DNA of 39,201 nt from an uncultured Nitrospiraceae bacterium (GTDB lineage: Bacteria > Nitrospirota > Thermodesulfovibrionia > Thermodesulfovibrionales > Dissulfurispiraceae). The translations under genes were made by a program, and so were the position numbers. A model generated the notes under the pieces. The model was not told the DNA's origin, did not search any database, and worked only from the letters and a program-made list of their open reading frames with translations. Each line of letters begins with the position of its first letter. The stretch's first letter is position 1. The stretch covers positions 1-39,201 of the forward strand of contig CAMTVO010000062.1 in assembly GCA_947085205.1 (NCBI GenBank), read 5' to 3'. Shown here in pieces: positions 16,380-25,224 of the stretch.

Positions 16380-17600
16380 ATGGAGAACGGACAGAGATTT
16401 TCGGCTTTATACGTAAGGGACTTCAGGCTCTTCTGGTTTGGACAGATATTTTCCCTTTCAGGAACATGGATGCATTCTGTCGCGCAGAGCTGGCTTGTAT
16501 ATTCGCTTACAAAGTCTCCCCTGCACCTCGGAATTGTTGCATCGCTCTCTTCTCTGCCGATTCTGCTTTTTACGCTTTTCGGAGGAATGATTGCGGACAG
16601 GTATCCAAAGAGAAACATCCTTATTATCACCCAGATAATGTCGGTGATACCTGCACTCACAGTTGCCGTTCTTGCGGATAAAGACATAATCACTGTGTGG
16701 CATGTCGGAGTTGTAGCCATCTTTTTGGGAACGGTCAATGCATTTGATGTGCCTGCGAGACAGGCATTTCTTGCAGAGGTTGTAGGCAAGGCAGACATAA
16801 CGAATGCCATTGCCCTGAATTCAGCGGCCTTTAACGGCGCAAGGATTGTAGGGCCGGTAACAGCAGGATTCATAATATCGAGCATAGGCATCCCTGCATG
16901 TTTTTATCTCAATGCAGTAAGTTTTATTCCTGTAATTTTTGCACTGTCTAAAATAAAGGCGAAAGGAACGATTAAGGCTTATGAGAACAATATCTGGACA
17001 GGCATAGCAGACGGCTGGAGATTCATAATAATGGGAAAGCCGGTTTTATATATAATGGCCATGATTTCGGTGTTCAGCCTTTTCGGTATACCATACATCA
17101 CGCTTTTGCCTGTGCTTGCCGGAGAAATATTGCATGTTGGAGCCAAGGGTCTCAGCTTTCTTGTGGCTTCCGCAGGCGCAGGCTCTTTCATTGCAGCGAT
17201 GATGATAGCCTTTAAGGGGGAGGTAAGGCGGAAGGATATATACATGCCTCTGTCTGCTATTGTTTTTTCATTGGCCATCTTAGGAATATCGTTCTCAAAG
17301 AATTTCAATCTTTCGATGCTTTTCATCTTCTTTGCGGGCTGGGGTATTGTGAGTTTCCTTGCAACAAGTAACAGCTTTATACAGCATGCAGTGCCTGATT
17401 CTTTAAGGGGCAGGGTTATGAGCCTTTATACGCTCGTATTTTTGGGGTTTGCGCCTGTGGGCAATTCCATCATAGGGCTTGCGGCGCATTCATTAGGCAC
17501 GATTGCTTCGCTGAAGATCTTTGCACTGCTGTGTATTGTTGGGAGTATAATATTTGCTAAAAAGTTCAGGAGTTCGAGAGTGCAGGAGGTGAGGAGTTGA
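16380..17600 (+). CDS. MFS transporter (MFS_3/EntS-like)
   Basis: FRLFWFGQ..SLSGTWM, GGMIADRYPKR, AFDVPARQ, 12 TM segments. Confidence 0.9.
   Translation: MENGQRFSALYVRDFRLFWFGQIFSLSGTWMHSVAQSWLVYSLTKSPLHLGIVASLSSLPILLFTLFGGMIADRYPKRNILIITQIMSVIPALTVAVLADKDIITVWHVGVVAIFLGTVNAFDVPARQAFLAEVVGKADITNAIALNSAAFNGARIVGPVTAGFIISSIGIPACFYLNAVSFIPVIFALSKIKAKGTIKAYENNIWTGIADGWRFIIMGKPVLYIMAMISVFSLFGIPYITLLPVLAGEILHVGAKGLSFLVASAGAGSFIAAMMIAFKGEVRRKDIYMPLSAIVFSLAILGISFSKNFNLSMLFIFFAGWGIVSFLATSNSFIQHAVPDSLRGRVMSLYTLVFLGFAPVGNSIIGLAAHSLGTIASLKIFALLCIVGSIIFAKKFRSSRVQEVRS
17563..17600 (+). repeat. degenerate 8-mer array forming the MFS C-terminus
   Basis: AGTTCAGG AGTTCGAG AGTGCAGG AGGTGAGG AGTTGA. Confidence 0.65.
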
Positions 17601-18277
17601 AACTCCTTGCAATAGAGACATCAACCGTATTGGGCGGCGTGGCGATAATGGAAGATGATACCCTTATCGCCGAATCGCGAATAAATGTAAAGGTAACCCA
17701 TTCCGAGCGCATAATGGGAGCTATAGATCATGCGCTGTTACAGTCGGGCATCAAAATAGACGACATCGATGTTTTTGCTGCCGCCGTCGGCCCCGGCTCA
17801 TTTACAGGGCTGAGGGTCGGACTCAGCGCTGTAAAAGGTCTCGTGTATGCCACTGGAAAGAAGCTTGTTTCTGTGCCTACCCTCGAAGCATTTGCATGGA
17901 ACCTGCCTTTCAGCATGTATCAGGTTTGCCCGCTTCTTGATGCGCGAAAAAAAGAGGTTTATGCAGGCATATTCAGATGGACCTGCAATGGTTTTACAAG
18001 AGTTGTGAATGAGCAGGTCATAAAAATAGATAACCTGCTTTTGCAAATAAACGAGCCTACGATTTTTTTAGGTGAGGGCGCTTTTATTTATAAAGGCAGT
18101 ATCGAGGCAAAACTTGGCGATAAAGCTATTTTTGCATGCCCTCATGAGATGGTTCCTTCCCCGTCGAATGCTGCATATTTAAGTATGATGAAGGCTAAGA
18201 GGGGAGAATTCGAAGACCCGATAAAGCTTGTGCCGATGTATCTCAGGAAGTCGGAGGCAGAGATAAGAATAGGGTGA
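17597..18277 (+). CDS. tsaB: t6A biosynthesis protein TsaB
   Basis: LAIETS, GPGSFTGLRVG, DARKKEVY, PMYLRKSEAE. Confidence 0.95.
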   Translation: MKLLAIETSTVLGGVAIMEDDTLIAESRINVKVTHSERIMGAIDHALLQSGIKIDDIDVFAAAVGPGSFTGLRVGLSAVKGLVYATGKKLVSVPTLEAFAWNLPFSMYQVCPLLDARKKEVYAGIFRWTCNGFTRVVNEQVIKIDNLLLQINEPTIFLGEGAFIYKGSIEAKLGDKAIFACPHEMVPSPSNAAYLSMMKAKRGEFEDPIKLVPMYLRKSEAEIRIG

Positions 18278-18717
18278 ATGCCGTATATATCCGTGAAATG
18301 TATCCGGAGGACATCCCTGATGTCTCAGAGATTGAAAGGCAGTCTTTTACTACACCTTGGTCAGAGACATCTTTCCGCAGCGAACTTTACAGCAGATATT
18401 CCATAACAAGGGTTGCTGAACTCAACGGAATCGTTGTCGGATATATTTGTGTCAGGCATATAGCCGATGAGTGTTATCTGCTTGATTTAGCTGTCCATCC
18501 TGATTACAGAAGGCGCGGCATTGCAAAGATGCTCATGGATAATGTAATTCAGGAAATGAGGATAGAGGGCTGCAGGTTTTTTTACCTTGAAGTAAGGGGA
18601 TCCAATTACGCCGCAAGAAAACTCTATGAGGGATTCGGGTTCAGGACAACGGGTACAAGGAAGGGGTATTATGTTAATCCGATAGAAGATGCGGTCATTA
18701 TGATGCTGGAGCTTTAA
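18274..18717 (+). CDS. rimI: ribosomal-protein-alanine N-acetyltransferase
   Basis: LAVHPDYRRRG, LEVR, RKGYY..EDA; follows tsaB. Confidence 0.92.
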   Translation: MNAVYIREMYPEDIPDVSEIERQSFTTPWSETSFRSELYSRYSITRVAELNGIVVGYICVRHIADECYLLDLAVHPDYRRRGIAKMLMDNVIQEMRIEGCRFFYLEVRGSNYAARKLYEGFGFRTTGTRKGYYVNPIEDAVIMMLEL

Positions 18718-18719
18718 TT

Positions 18720-19070
18720 TTATCTTGCCATTGCCTTTACAAGCTCGAGAATGGTTTTCTTCAGTTTTTTATCTTTTATCGACCTGAAAAGCTGTAGTAG
18801 ATACTGTTCATCATCTGCCATTTTTCCGTAGACAGCGGGAGTTTCGGATACCATTAATTTTTCGGATGAGAAGAATTTACTTATAGGAACATCGAGGGCA
18901 TTTGCTATCTGTTTAAGCCTGTCGACACTTATTCTGTTAGCCCCTTTCTCGTATTTCTGCACCTGTTGATACGAGACTCCTATAATCTCCGCCAACTCCA
19001 TTTGAGATATGCCTTTTGTCTTCCGGTATTCCTTTACAAGCTGCCCTGTCGTCTTTTTATATCTCTTCAT
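18720..19070 (-). CDS. XRE-family HTH regulator, paralogue of 3788-4153
   Basis: GISQMELAEIIGVSYQQVQKYEKG. Confidence 0.9.
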   Translation of the reverse strand: MKRYKKTTGQLVKEYRKTKGISQMELAEIIGVSYQQVQKYEKGANRISVDRLKQIANALDVPISKFFSSEKLMVSETPAVYGKMADDEQYLLQLFRSIKDKKLKKTILELVKAMAR

Positions 19071-19228
19071 TTAACCTGCCTGAAGGGAATTGATAAGAAA
19101 AGTCTATAGATACGACTGATACAAAGTCTATAAATCTGAGGTTGTAAGAAATGGTAAAAATATTGACAAATACAATCTATAGTTGTATATTCTATGAACT
19201 CTTTATGAGGTTTTTGGGGCTGTTGTGT

Positions 19229-19582
19229 ATGGGAAAACAAAAGACAATTCTTATTGTTGACGACGATGAAATGGTCAGAAGACTCCTCTTTGAGGTTTTT
19301 CGCTTCTACGGATTTAATGTTCAGACCGTCAATGATGGTATCGCTGCTCTCGATATTCTGAAAAAAGAGGACTTTGACATAATTATTACCGACTATTCCA
19401 TGCCCGGAATGGATGGAATCGAACTTGCAAAGATTCTGCGACTCCAATATCCGCATTCTCTCATAATAGGCATAAGCGCCGATTGCGATGAACGCAATTT
19501 TTTAAGCGCCGGGGCGGATGTCTTTTTGCATAAGCCATTCAGTCTTCAAGAACTCTTATCCATAATTCAGCAAAAATCTTGA
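19229..19582 (+). CDS. single-domain response regulator (CheY-like)
   Basis: ILIVDDD, TDYSMPGMDG, KPF; start uncertain. Confidence 0.9.
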   Translation: MGKQKTILIVDDDEMVRRLLFEVFRFYGFNVQTVNDGIAALDILKKEDFDIIITDYSMPGMDGIELAKILRLQYPHSLIIGISADCDERNFLSAGADVFLHKPFSLQELLSIIQQKS

Positions 19583-19672
19583 TATGATTAAAATACAGCC
19601 AAATTTTGGATTTGACTTTGGTTGTATTAATATGCAATTATTAAACAATAGATTTTCGGGAGGTGTTTTTAT

Positions 19673-19879
19673 ATGCCTATCTATGAATATTCCTGCACTA
19701 AATGCAAAGAGGTATTCTCGGTATTTCAGAGCGTTAATGCGAGCGAAAAAGATACAAAATGCCCTAAATGCAACTCCAATGATGTAAAGAAGAAGGTCTC
19801 TTCCTTCAGTTGCTGCTCATTCGGTGGCGGTAGTGTGTCGTCCTTTGGTTCTTCAGGATTTGGCGGCTTCGGCAGCTGA
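19673..19879 (+). CDS. FmdB-family zinc-ribbon protein
   Basis: MPIYEYxCxxC...CPKC, G/S tail, RBS GGAGGTG. Confidence 0.92.
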   Translation: MPIYEYSCTKCKEVFSVFQSVNASEKDTKCPKCNSNDVKKKVSSFSCCSFGGGSVSSFGSSGFGGFGS

Positions 19880-19903
19880 GGCCCTTCCTGCTAAACCGTT
19901 GGT

Positions 19904-20647
19904 TTAGCGAACACTTATAATATTTATCTTATGTGCAAGACATCCAGCGCCAAAACCGTTGTCTATGTTTACAACTGCTATTCCCGGCACGCATGAATTT
20001 AGCATCGCAAAGAGCGCCGTCAGCCCGTTTAAGCTTGTTCCGTAACCGACAGATGTAGGCACTGCTATTAAAGGCTTATCCGTCAACCCTCCCACTACCG
20101 AAGGCAGCGCCCCTTCCATTCCTGCGACAACCACAATGACCCTTGTCTTCTGCATCAATTTTCTGTGGCTAAGCAGCCTATGGATTCCTGCAACACCCAC
20201 GTCATAAAGCCTCTCTGTCCTGCTTCCTAAAAAAGAGGCTGTTACCTCCGCCTCTTCTGCGACCGGTATATCGGATGTGCCAGCGGATATTATAAGTATA
20301 TGTCCTTTTTTGTTTTTAGTTTCACCATAGGAAATAACGCCTGATGTCTCATGGAATTTAGCCTTTTTCAGTTTAAGCGCTTTGTATATCTCATTTGATG
20401 CCTTTGTGATAAGGAACTTCCCGCTCTTTTTCAGCATTGCATTTGCTATGGCTACTACTTCATCGGTTTTTTTATTCTGGGCAAATATTACCTCTGGGAT
20501 GCCGTTTCTCAGCCCCCTGTGGTGGTCGATTTTTGCAAAGTCGATATCCTCGTAAGGCAGATTTTTGAGCGTATCGAGCGCCGTGTCCACTGATATTTTG
20601 CCTTTACTCACATCGCTGAGAAGTAACTTTATTTTTCGAGTATCCAT
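19904..20647 (-). CDS. larB: nickel-pincer cofactor biosynthesis protein LarB
   Basis: AGTSDIPVAEEA, DVGVAGIHR, AGMEGALPS, PTSVGYG, VNIDNGFGA. Confidence 0.93.
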   Translation of the reverse strand: MDTRKIKLLLSDVSKGKISVDTALDTLKNLPYEDIDFAKIDHHRGLRNGIPEVIFAQNKKTDEVVAIANAMLKKSGKFLITKASNEIYKALKLKKAKFHETSGVISYGETKNKKGHILIISAGTSDIPVAEEAEVTASFLGSRTERLYDVGVAGIHRLLSHRKLMQKTRVIVVVAGMEGALPSVVGGLTDKPLIAVPTSVGYGTSLNGLTALFAMLNSCVPGIAVVNIDNGFGAGCLAHKINIISVR

Positions 20648-20648
20648 T

Positions 20649-21647
20649 TTAATAGCCGTAAAATTCAGACTTCAGGGTGCGATTCATAAGATCCTTAACC
20701 GTCTCTTTAGGCGATTTTTCTTTGTACAGGGTTAGATAGACCTGTTCTGTTATCGGCATATCTATATCATATTTTTTCGAAAGGTCATATGCAGAATGTG
20801 TGGTAGTTATCCCTTCTGCTACAGACCTTGTCTGGTTTATTATGTCTGACAGCTTCATTCCCTGTCCGAGCTTGTATCCTACCGTATAATTTCTCGAAAG
20901 CGGGCCGGTGCAGGTAAGCACAAGGTCGCCGAGTCCGCTTAGTCCTGAAAATGTAACTTCCTTTGCGTTCATGCTGAGGCCGAGCCTTGCTATCTCAGAG
21001 AGCCCCCTTGTTATTAAGGCTGCCCTTGAATTATGCCCGAGACCGAGCCCAACACAGATGCCTGATGCAATGGCTATGACATTCTTCAGCGCACCTCCTA
21101 TCTCAACGCCTATGATGTCGTCATGCGTGTAAACCCTGAAATAGTCTGTGTTGAATATCTCCTGCAGCAGCAGTCCTGTTTTTTTGTCCTCTGTTGCGAG
21201 GGTGACTGCTGTCGGCATCTTTGCTATGACCTCCTTTGCAAAGCTCGGCCCTGAAAGTGCAGCAACAGGCCTGTTGAGAATTTCCTTTAATATCATGGAT
21301 GGGGTCAACAACGTATCGATCTCTATACCTTTTGAAGCGCTTATTATTGTGGCTTCATCCCTGATATACGATATGAGCGGGCTGAATACCGGCCTTATAT
21401 ACTGCGTCGGGACGACATTCAGTATGTAGCGGGACTTTGCTACTGCTTCCACAATATCATTTGTAGCCCTCAAGCCGGCAGGAAGGGTCATGTCCGGCAG
21501 ATAAATATTATTTATTCTTTGTTCATTGATATGACCTGCAAGTTCTTTTTCATGTGTCCACAATGTGACATCGTAACCCTTTTCCGACAAAAGGGATGCG
21601 AGGGTGGTGCCCCAGCTTCCTGCGCCTATAACTGATATATAACTCAT
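20649..21647 (-). CDS. gpsA: NAD(P)H-dependent glycerol-3-phosphate dehydrogenase
   Basis: GAGSWGT, SGPSFA, GGALKN, GLGDLVLTC, SRN. Confidence 0.95.
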   Translation of the reverse strand: MSYISVIGAGSWGTTLASLLSEKGYDVTLWTHEKELAGHINEQRINNIYLPDMTLPAGLRATNDIVEAVAKSRYILNVVPTQYIRPVFSPLISYIRDEATIISASKGIEIDTLLTPSMILKEILNRPVAALSGPSFAKEVIAKMPTAVTLATEDKKTGLLLQEIFNTDYFRVYTHDDIIGVEIGGALKNVIAIASGICVGLGLGHNSRAALITRGLSEIARLGLSMNAKEVTFSGLSGLGDLVLTCTGPLSRNYTVGYKLGQGMKLSDIINQTRSVAEGITTTHSAYDLSKKYDIDMPITEQVYLTLYKEKSPKETVKDLMNRTLKSEFYGY

Positions 21648-21717
21648 GGCTTTAATCTTCAGCAAGGAAATATAACAGAAACCATCTTATTTGGCAAATT
21701 AATTTATCCGGTTTAGC

Positions 21718-22905
21718 TTAATCCAGTCGTGCTTTTGAAAGAACTTCAAGCAGTAGCTTTATGTCCTCCTCTGTATGTGCGGCTGTAACAGTAACCCTTA
21801 TTCTCGGTATATTAACAGTCGGCGGTCTTATGGCAGGTGCATAGATGTGTCGGCTCATGAGATGCTCTGAAAACTCCATCGTTGTTTCAACATCGCCTAC
21901 AACTATCGGTATTATTGGCGTCTCGCTGTTTAATGTATCAAACCCCCAATCTATGACGCCCTTAAAAAACCTTTCCCTGTTTTGCCATAATTTCTTGACC
22001 AATTCTGGTTTATCCTGCAAGATTTGCAATGCTGCTATTGATGCTGCGATTACACATGAAGGCAACGCTGTGGAATAGATGAAACCCCTGCCTGTGTTTA
22101 TAAGCCAGTCTATTATATTTCTGCTTGCAGCAATGAACGCTCCGTAAGAGCCGAGGGCTTTAGAAAATGTGCCCATTTGGATTATAAAAGGTTCAGGCTT
22201 GATTTTTAAATGCGCCAAAGCGCCTTTACCGTTTCCGAGTACGCCTGTTCCGTGCGCGTCGTCTATGTATAAGAGTACAGAGTTAGGGGTTTGGAGTTCT
22301 GAGTTTAGAGAATAACAGAGTCCGTATATATCCTTCAATGGAGCTATATCGCCGTCCATGCTGAATACTGTGTCGGTAATGACTATTTTTCTTTTTCCCT
22401 CTTCTTTTTTTATCAATTCCGAAAGATGCTCTATGTCCGCATGCCTGTAAATTACTTTTTTTGCCTTGCTCAGCCTGCATCCGTCGATGATGCTTGCGTG
22501 GTTTAACTCATCGCTGAAAATGACATCTCCTTGTCCTGCAATGGAAGGAATAGCGCTTATGTTTGCAGTGTATCCCGAATTGAAAATCAATGCAGCCTCT
22601 GTCCCTTTAAATTCAGCCATCATCCTTTCCAGTTCCCTGTGCAATTCAGTTCCGCCCGATAAAAGCCTCGACGCGCCCGCGCCGAAGCCGTATTTGTCCA
22701 TTGTATTTTTTGCAGCCTCGACGAGGGATGGGTTTGCAGACAATCCGAGATAATCATTGGATGAGAAATTTATATACTCAATACCATCAATACATATTCG
22801 TAAACTTTCTTTTAACTCATTACGCATTACGCATGCCGCTTCACGGTCTTTTATGCTCCTCAGGAGATTATCACACCGCAGACGGTCTAATTCTTCTAAA
22901 AACAT
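21718..22905 (-). CDS. bioF: 8-amino-7-oxononanoate synthase
   Basis: SSNDYLGL, SGYTAN, DELNHASIIDG, VFSMDGD, DDAHG, GTFSKA, IRPPTV. Confidence 0.92.
   Translation of the reverse strand: MFLEELDRLRCDNLLRSIKDREAACVMRNELKESLRICIDGIEYINFSSNDYLGLSANPSLVEAAKNTMDKYGFGAGASRLLSGGTELHRELERMMAEFKGTEAALIFNSGYTANISAIPSIAGQGDVIFSDELNHASIIDGCRLSKAKKVIYRHADIEHLSELIKKEEGKRKIVITDTVFSMDGDIAPLKDIYGLCYSLNSELQTPNSVLLYIDDAHGTGVLGNGKGALAHLKIKPEPFIIQMGTFSKALGSYGAFIAASRNIIDWLINTGRGFIYSTALPSCVIAASIAALQILQDKPELVKKLWQNRERFFKGVIDWGFDTLNSETPIIPIVVGDVETTMEFSEHLMSRHIYAPAIRPPTVNIPRIRVTVTAAHTEEDIKLLLEVLSKARLD
22280..22310. repeat. heptamer array inside bioF
   Basis: GAGTTAG GGGTTTG GAGTTCT GAGTTTA GAG; encodes SLNSELQTPNS. 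Confidence 0.75.
22811..22838. repeat. degenerate heptamer array near the bioF 5' end
   Basis: TTTAACT CATTACG CATTACG CATGCCG; encodes ACVMRNELK. Confidence 0.55.
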
Positions 22906-23031
22906 CTTATTCTCCAGTTAGATAGCCCTATATGTAGTATTGCTATGAGAACGATACCACATAATATGGAAAAGTGTAAAAAATATATTTTTCCTCTTGA
23001 CAATCAATATGTTTTCAAAATATCATTTCAT

Positions 23032-23058
23032 TGTGGTAAAAAGTGGTATAAAGTGGAG
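23032..23058 (+). promoter_or_regulatory. MraZ-binding direct repeats
   Basis: GTGG at 23033, 23043 and 23053 (10-nt period) upstream of mraZ; TTGACA at about 22997. Confidence 0.8.
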
Positions 23059-23070
23059 GGTAAAGGGATA

Positions 23071-23526
23071 ATGACATCGTTCTTGGGTAAATACTATTAC
23101 ACATTAGACCCAAAGGGGAGAATCATCATCCCTGCTCCTCTCCGCGAGATAATTTCCAAAAAATACAATAATTCAAAACTATATACCACAAATGCCGTAT
23201 TTGACAAGTGCCTGCATATATATCCTCTTGAGGAGTGGAACAAGCTGGAGGAGAAGATAAGGTCTATGCCCAAAATGGAAGAGGCTGTGAAATATTTCTT
23301 AAGGCGTGTTATTGCATCCGCTACCGAGTGCGAAATGGACAAGCAGGGAAGGATACTGATTCCATACGAGCACAGGCAGGATGCTGGAATAAATTCAGAT
23401 GTAGTTATTGTAGGGCAGTTAGACAAGATAGAGATATGGGATAAGGGATCTTGGAGCGATGTAACGGATCCCAAGAAGGTTGACGCAAAGGCTTATGAAT
23501 CGGTGCTTGCAGGCTATGGGCTTTAA
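23071..23526 (+). CDS. mraZ: transcriptional regulator MraZ
   Basis: LDPKGR and MDKQGRILIP repeats; start moved to ATG 23071. Confidence 0.95.
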   Translation: MTSFLGKYYYTLDPKGRIIIPAPLREIISKKYNNSKLYTTNAVFDKCLHIYPLEEWNKLEEKIRSMPKMEEAVKYFLRRVIASATECEMDKQGRILIPYEHRQDAGINSDVVIVGQLDKIEIWDKGSWSDVTDPKKVDAKAYESVLAGYGL

Positions 23527-23599
23527 TCGGAACACAAAACGCCGGATGCAGATTATGAAAGGCCGCATCCGGTTTTCCTTTAAGAAAGGAGGGAGCGTT

Positions 23600-23776
23600 A
23601 TGTTGACGGTTGAGGAGGTAAAGGAAGCCGTAAAGACATCGCCTTTCTATGACAAATGGGGAAGCGACAAAGATGTCGAAGAAATAATCGACAGGATAAA
23701 GGCGCATATAGACCCGTTCTCTCTTTACAATCACAATATCACGGGCGAGGTGGGAGAGGTCTATGCCGGATGGTGA
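23600..23776 (+). CDS. 58-aa hypothetical protein within the dcw cluster
   Basis: RBS AGGAGGGAG; MLTVEEVKEAVKTSPFYDKW...GEVGEVYAGW; stop abuts rsmH. Confidence 0.7.
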   Translation: MLTVEEVKEAVKTSPFYDKWGSDKDVEEIIDRIKAHIDPFSLYNHNITGEVGEVYAGW

Positions 23777-23782
23777 TTGTTA

Positions 23783-24685
23783 ATGCATATTCCGGTTCTG
23801 GTAAAGGAGATTTTGGAAATGCTTGATGTTAAGGCAAATGGAACATATGTCGATGCCACAGTGGGGCTCGGAGGACATGCCGAGGCTGTGCTCTCGATGC
23901 TCGGCGCCGAAGGCAGGCTGTTGGGTATAGACAGGGACGCCGACGCCCTTGAACAAGCACGGCAGAGGCTCGAAGACGGGAGGGTTTCTCTTAGGAAGGG
24001 AGCATTTTCACAGATGGAAGACATACTGCTTTCAATGAATATAAAAGAGGTTGACGGAGTATTGTTTGATCTCGGAGTCTCTATGCTCCAGTTGAAGGAG
24101 TTAAGACGCGGGTTTAGTTTTCTTTCGGATGAAAGGCTTGATATGAGGATGGACGCATCACAGTGGTTAACAGCATGGAATGTTGTCAACAAATATCCGG
24201 AAAAGGAGATAGAAAGGATAATTAGGGAATATGGAGAGGAGCCGTTTGCGAGAAGGATAGCAAAGGCAATAGTAATGCAGAGAAAGAGGTCGCCAATAGA
24301 TGCATGCAAAGAGCTGGCGGATATTGTTATGAGGGTCTATGGAGGTAGAGGTAAGACGCATCCTGCTACGAGGACATTTCAGGCATTGAGAATCGAGGTT
24401 AATAAGGAACTTGATGAATTGAAAAAGGGCCTTTCATCGGCAGTGAATTTATTAAAGGCAGGCGGGAGGCTTTGCGTTGTCTCTTATCACTCCCTTGAAG
24501 ACAGGATAGTAAAGAACTTTATAAGGGAGAGCGGCAGGGAAGGCGCTTTGAAGGTATTAACAAAAAAGCCTGTAACTCCCGCTATTGAAGAGATAAAGGC
24601 CAATCCATCATCAAGGAGCGCAAAGCTCAGGGGGGCGGAGAGAATCGGAGTGATGGAGTATTGGAGTAATGGGTTGAGGGAATAA
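23783..24685 (+). CDS. rsmH: 16S rRNA m4C1402 methyltransferase
   Basis: HIPVL, DATVGLGGH, DLGVS, HPATRTFQALRIEVN, SYHSLEDR. Confidence 0.96.
   Translation: MHIPVLVKEILEMLDVKANGTYVDATVGLGGHAEAVLSMLGAEGRLLGIDRDADALEQARQRLEDGRVSLRKGAFSQMEDILLSMNIKEVDGVLFDLGVSMLQLKELRRGFSFLSDERLDMRMDASQWLTAWNVVNKYPEKEIERIIREYGEEPFARRIAKAIVMQRKRSPIDACKELADIVMRVYGGRGKTHPATRTFQALRIEVNKELDELKKGLSSAVNLLKAGGRLCVVSYHSLEDRIVKNFIRESGREGALKVLTKKPVTPAIEEIKANPSSRSAKLRGAERIGVMEYWSNGLRE
24647..24673 (+). repeat. 8-mer array forming the RsmH C-terminal tail
   Basis: GGAGTGAT GGAGTATT GGAGTAAT GGG; encodes GVMEYWSNG. Confidence 0.75.
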
Positions 24686-24689
24686 CGAT

Positions 24690-25010
24690 ATGGTTTACAG
24701 GAGAAATAAAGTAATTTTTATACTGAAAACTTTTTCCATAATATTGCTTCTTGTTTCGGTTTTTACAATAGTGTGGCTGAGGTCGAGCTTTGTTTCCATC
24801 GAATACAGCATCAGCAGCCTCGAAAAGAAAAAGACCTCACTGATGAGGGACCGGAAGGCGCTTGCAGCGGAGAGGGCGAGCCTTTTGTCCGTAGAGAGGT
24901 TTGAAAAGGTTGCTGGGAGCGGGTTTTCATTTCCGAACAGGGTAAAGGTTGTTTATGTGAAAAAGGAAAAAGACAAAGAGCCTTACAGGGCGTCTTTTAT
25001 TGAGAGATAA
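24690..25010 (+). CDS. ftsL: cell division protein FtsL-like
   Basis: Single TM plus coiled coil between rsmH and ftsI; call is mainly positional. Confidence 0.7.
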   Translation: MVYRRNKVIFILKTFSIILLLVSVFTIVWLRSSFVSIEYSISSLEKKKTSLMRDRKALAAERASLLSVERFEKVAGSGFSFPNRVKVVYVKKEKDKEPYRASFIER

Positions 25011-25022
25011 AAGGAGAGAAGC

Positions 25023-25160
25023 ATGAAGAGGACGTGAGCGGCAGACAATGCCATCCGGGTGGATGAAGATGAAGATGCAGGATTTCTGGAATATTTTGTA
25101 ATAGCTGCTCTTTTAGGAATTGTAATCTGGATGGCGGCTGCATGGTCGCTCACGCGGTAA
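25023..25160 (+). other. small single-TM ORF interrupted by an in-frame TGA at codon 5
   Basis: RBS AAGGAGA; MKRT*AADNAIRVDEDEDAGFLEYFVIAALLGIVIWMAAAWSLTR*. Confidence 0.4.
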
Positions 25161-25224
25161 CCGTGAAAGCTTATCATCCGAAGGGGGATTTGAAGGACAG
25201 AAAACTTTGTATGGCTGATGGGAT

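Noticed and set aside
19904..20647. larB without larA/C/E
   Set aside because: Dispersed lar genes are common; partners may lie elsewhere in the genome
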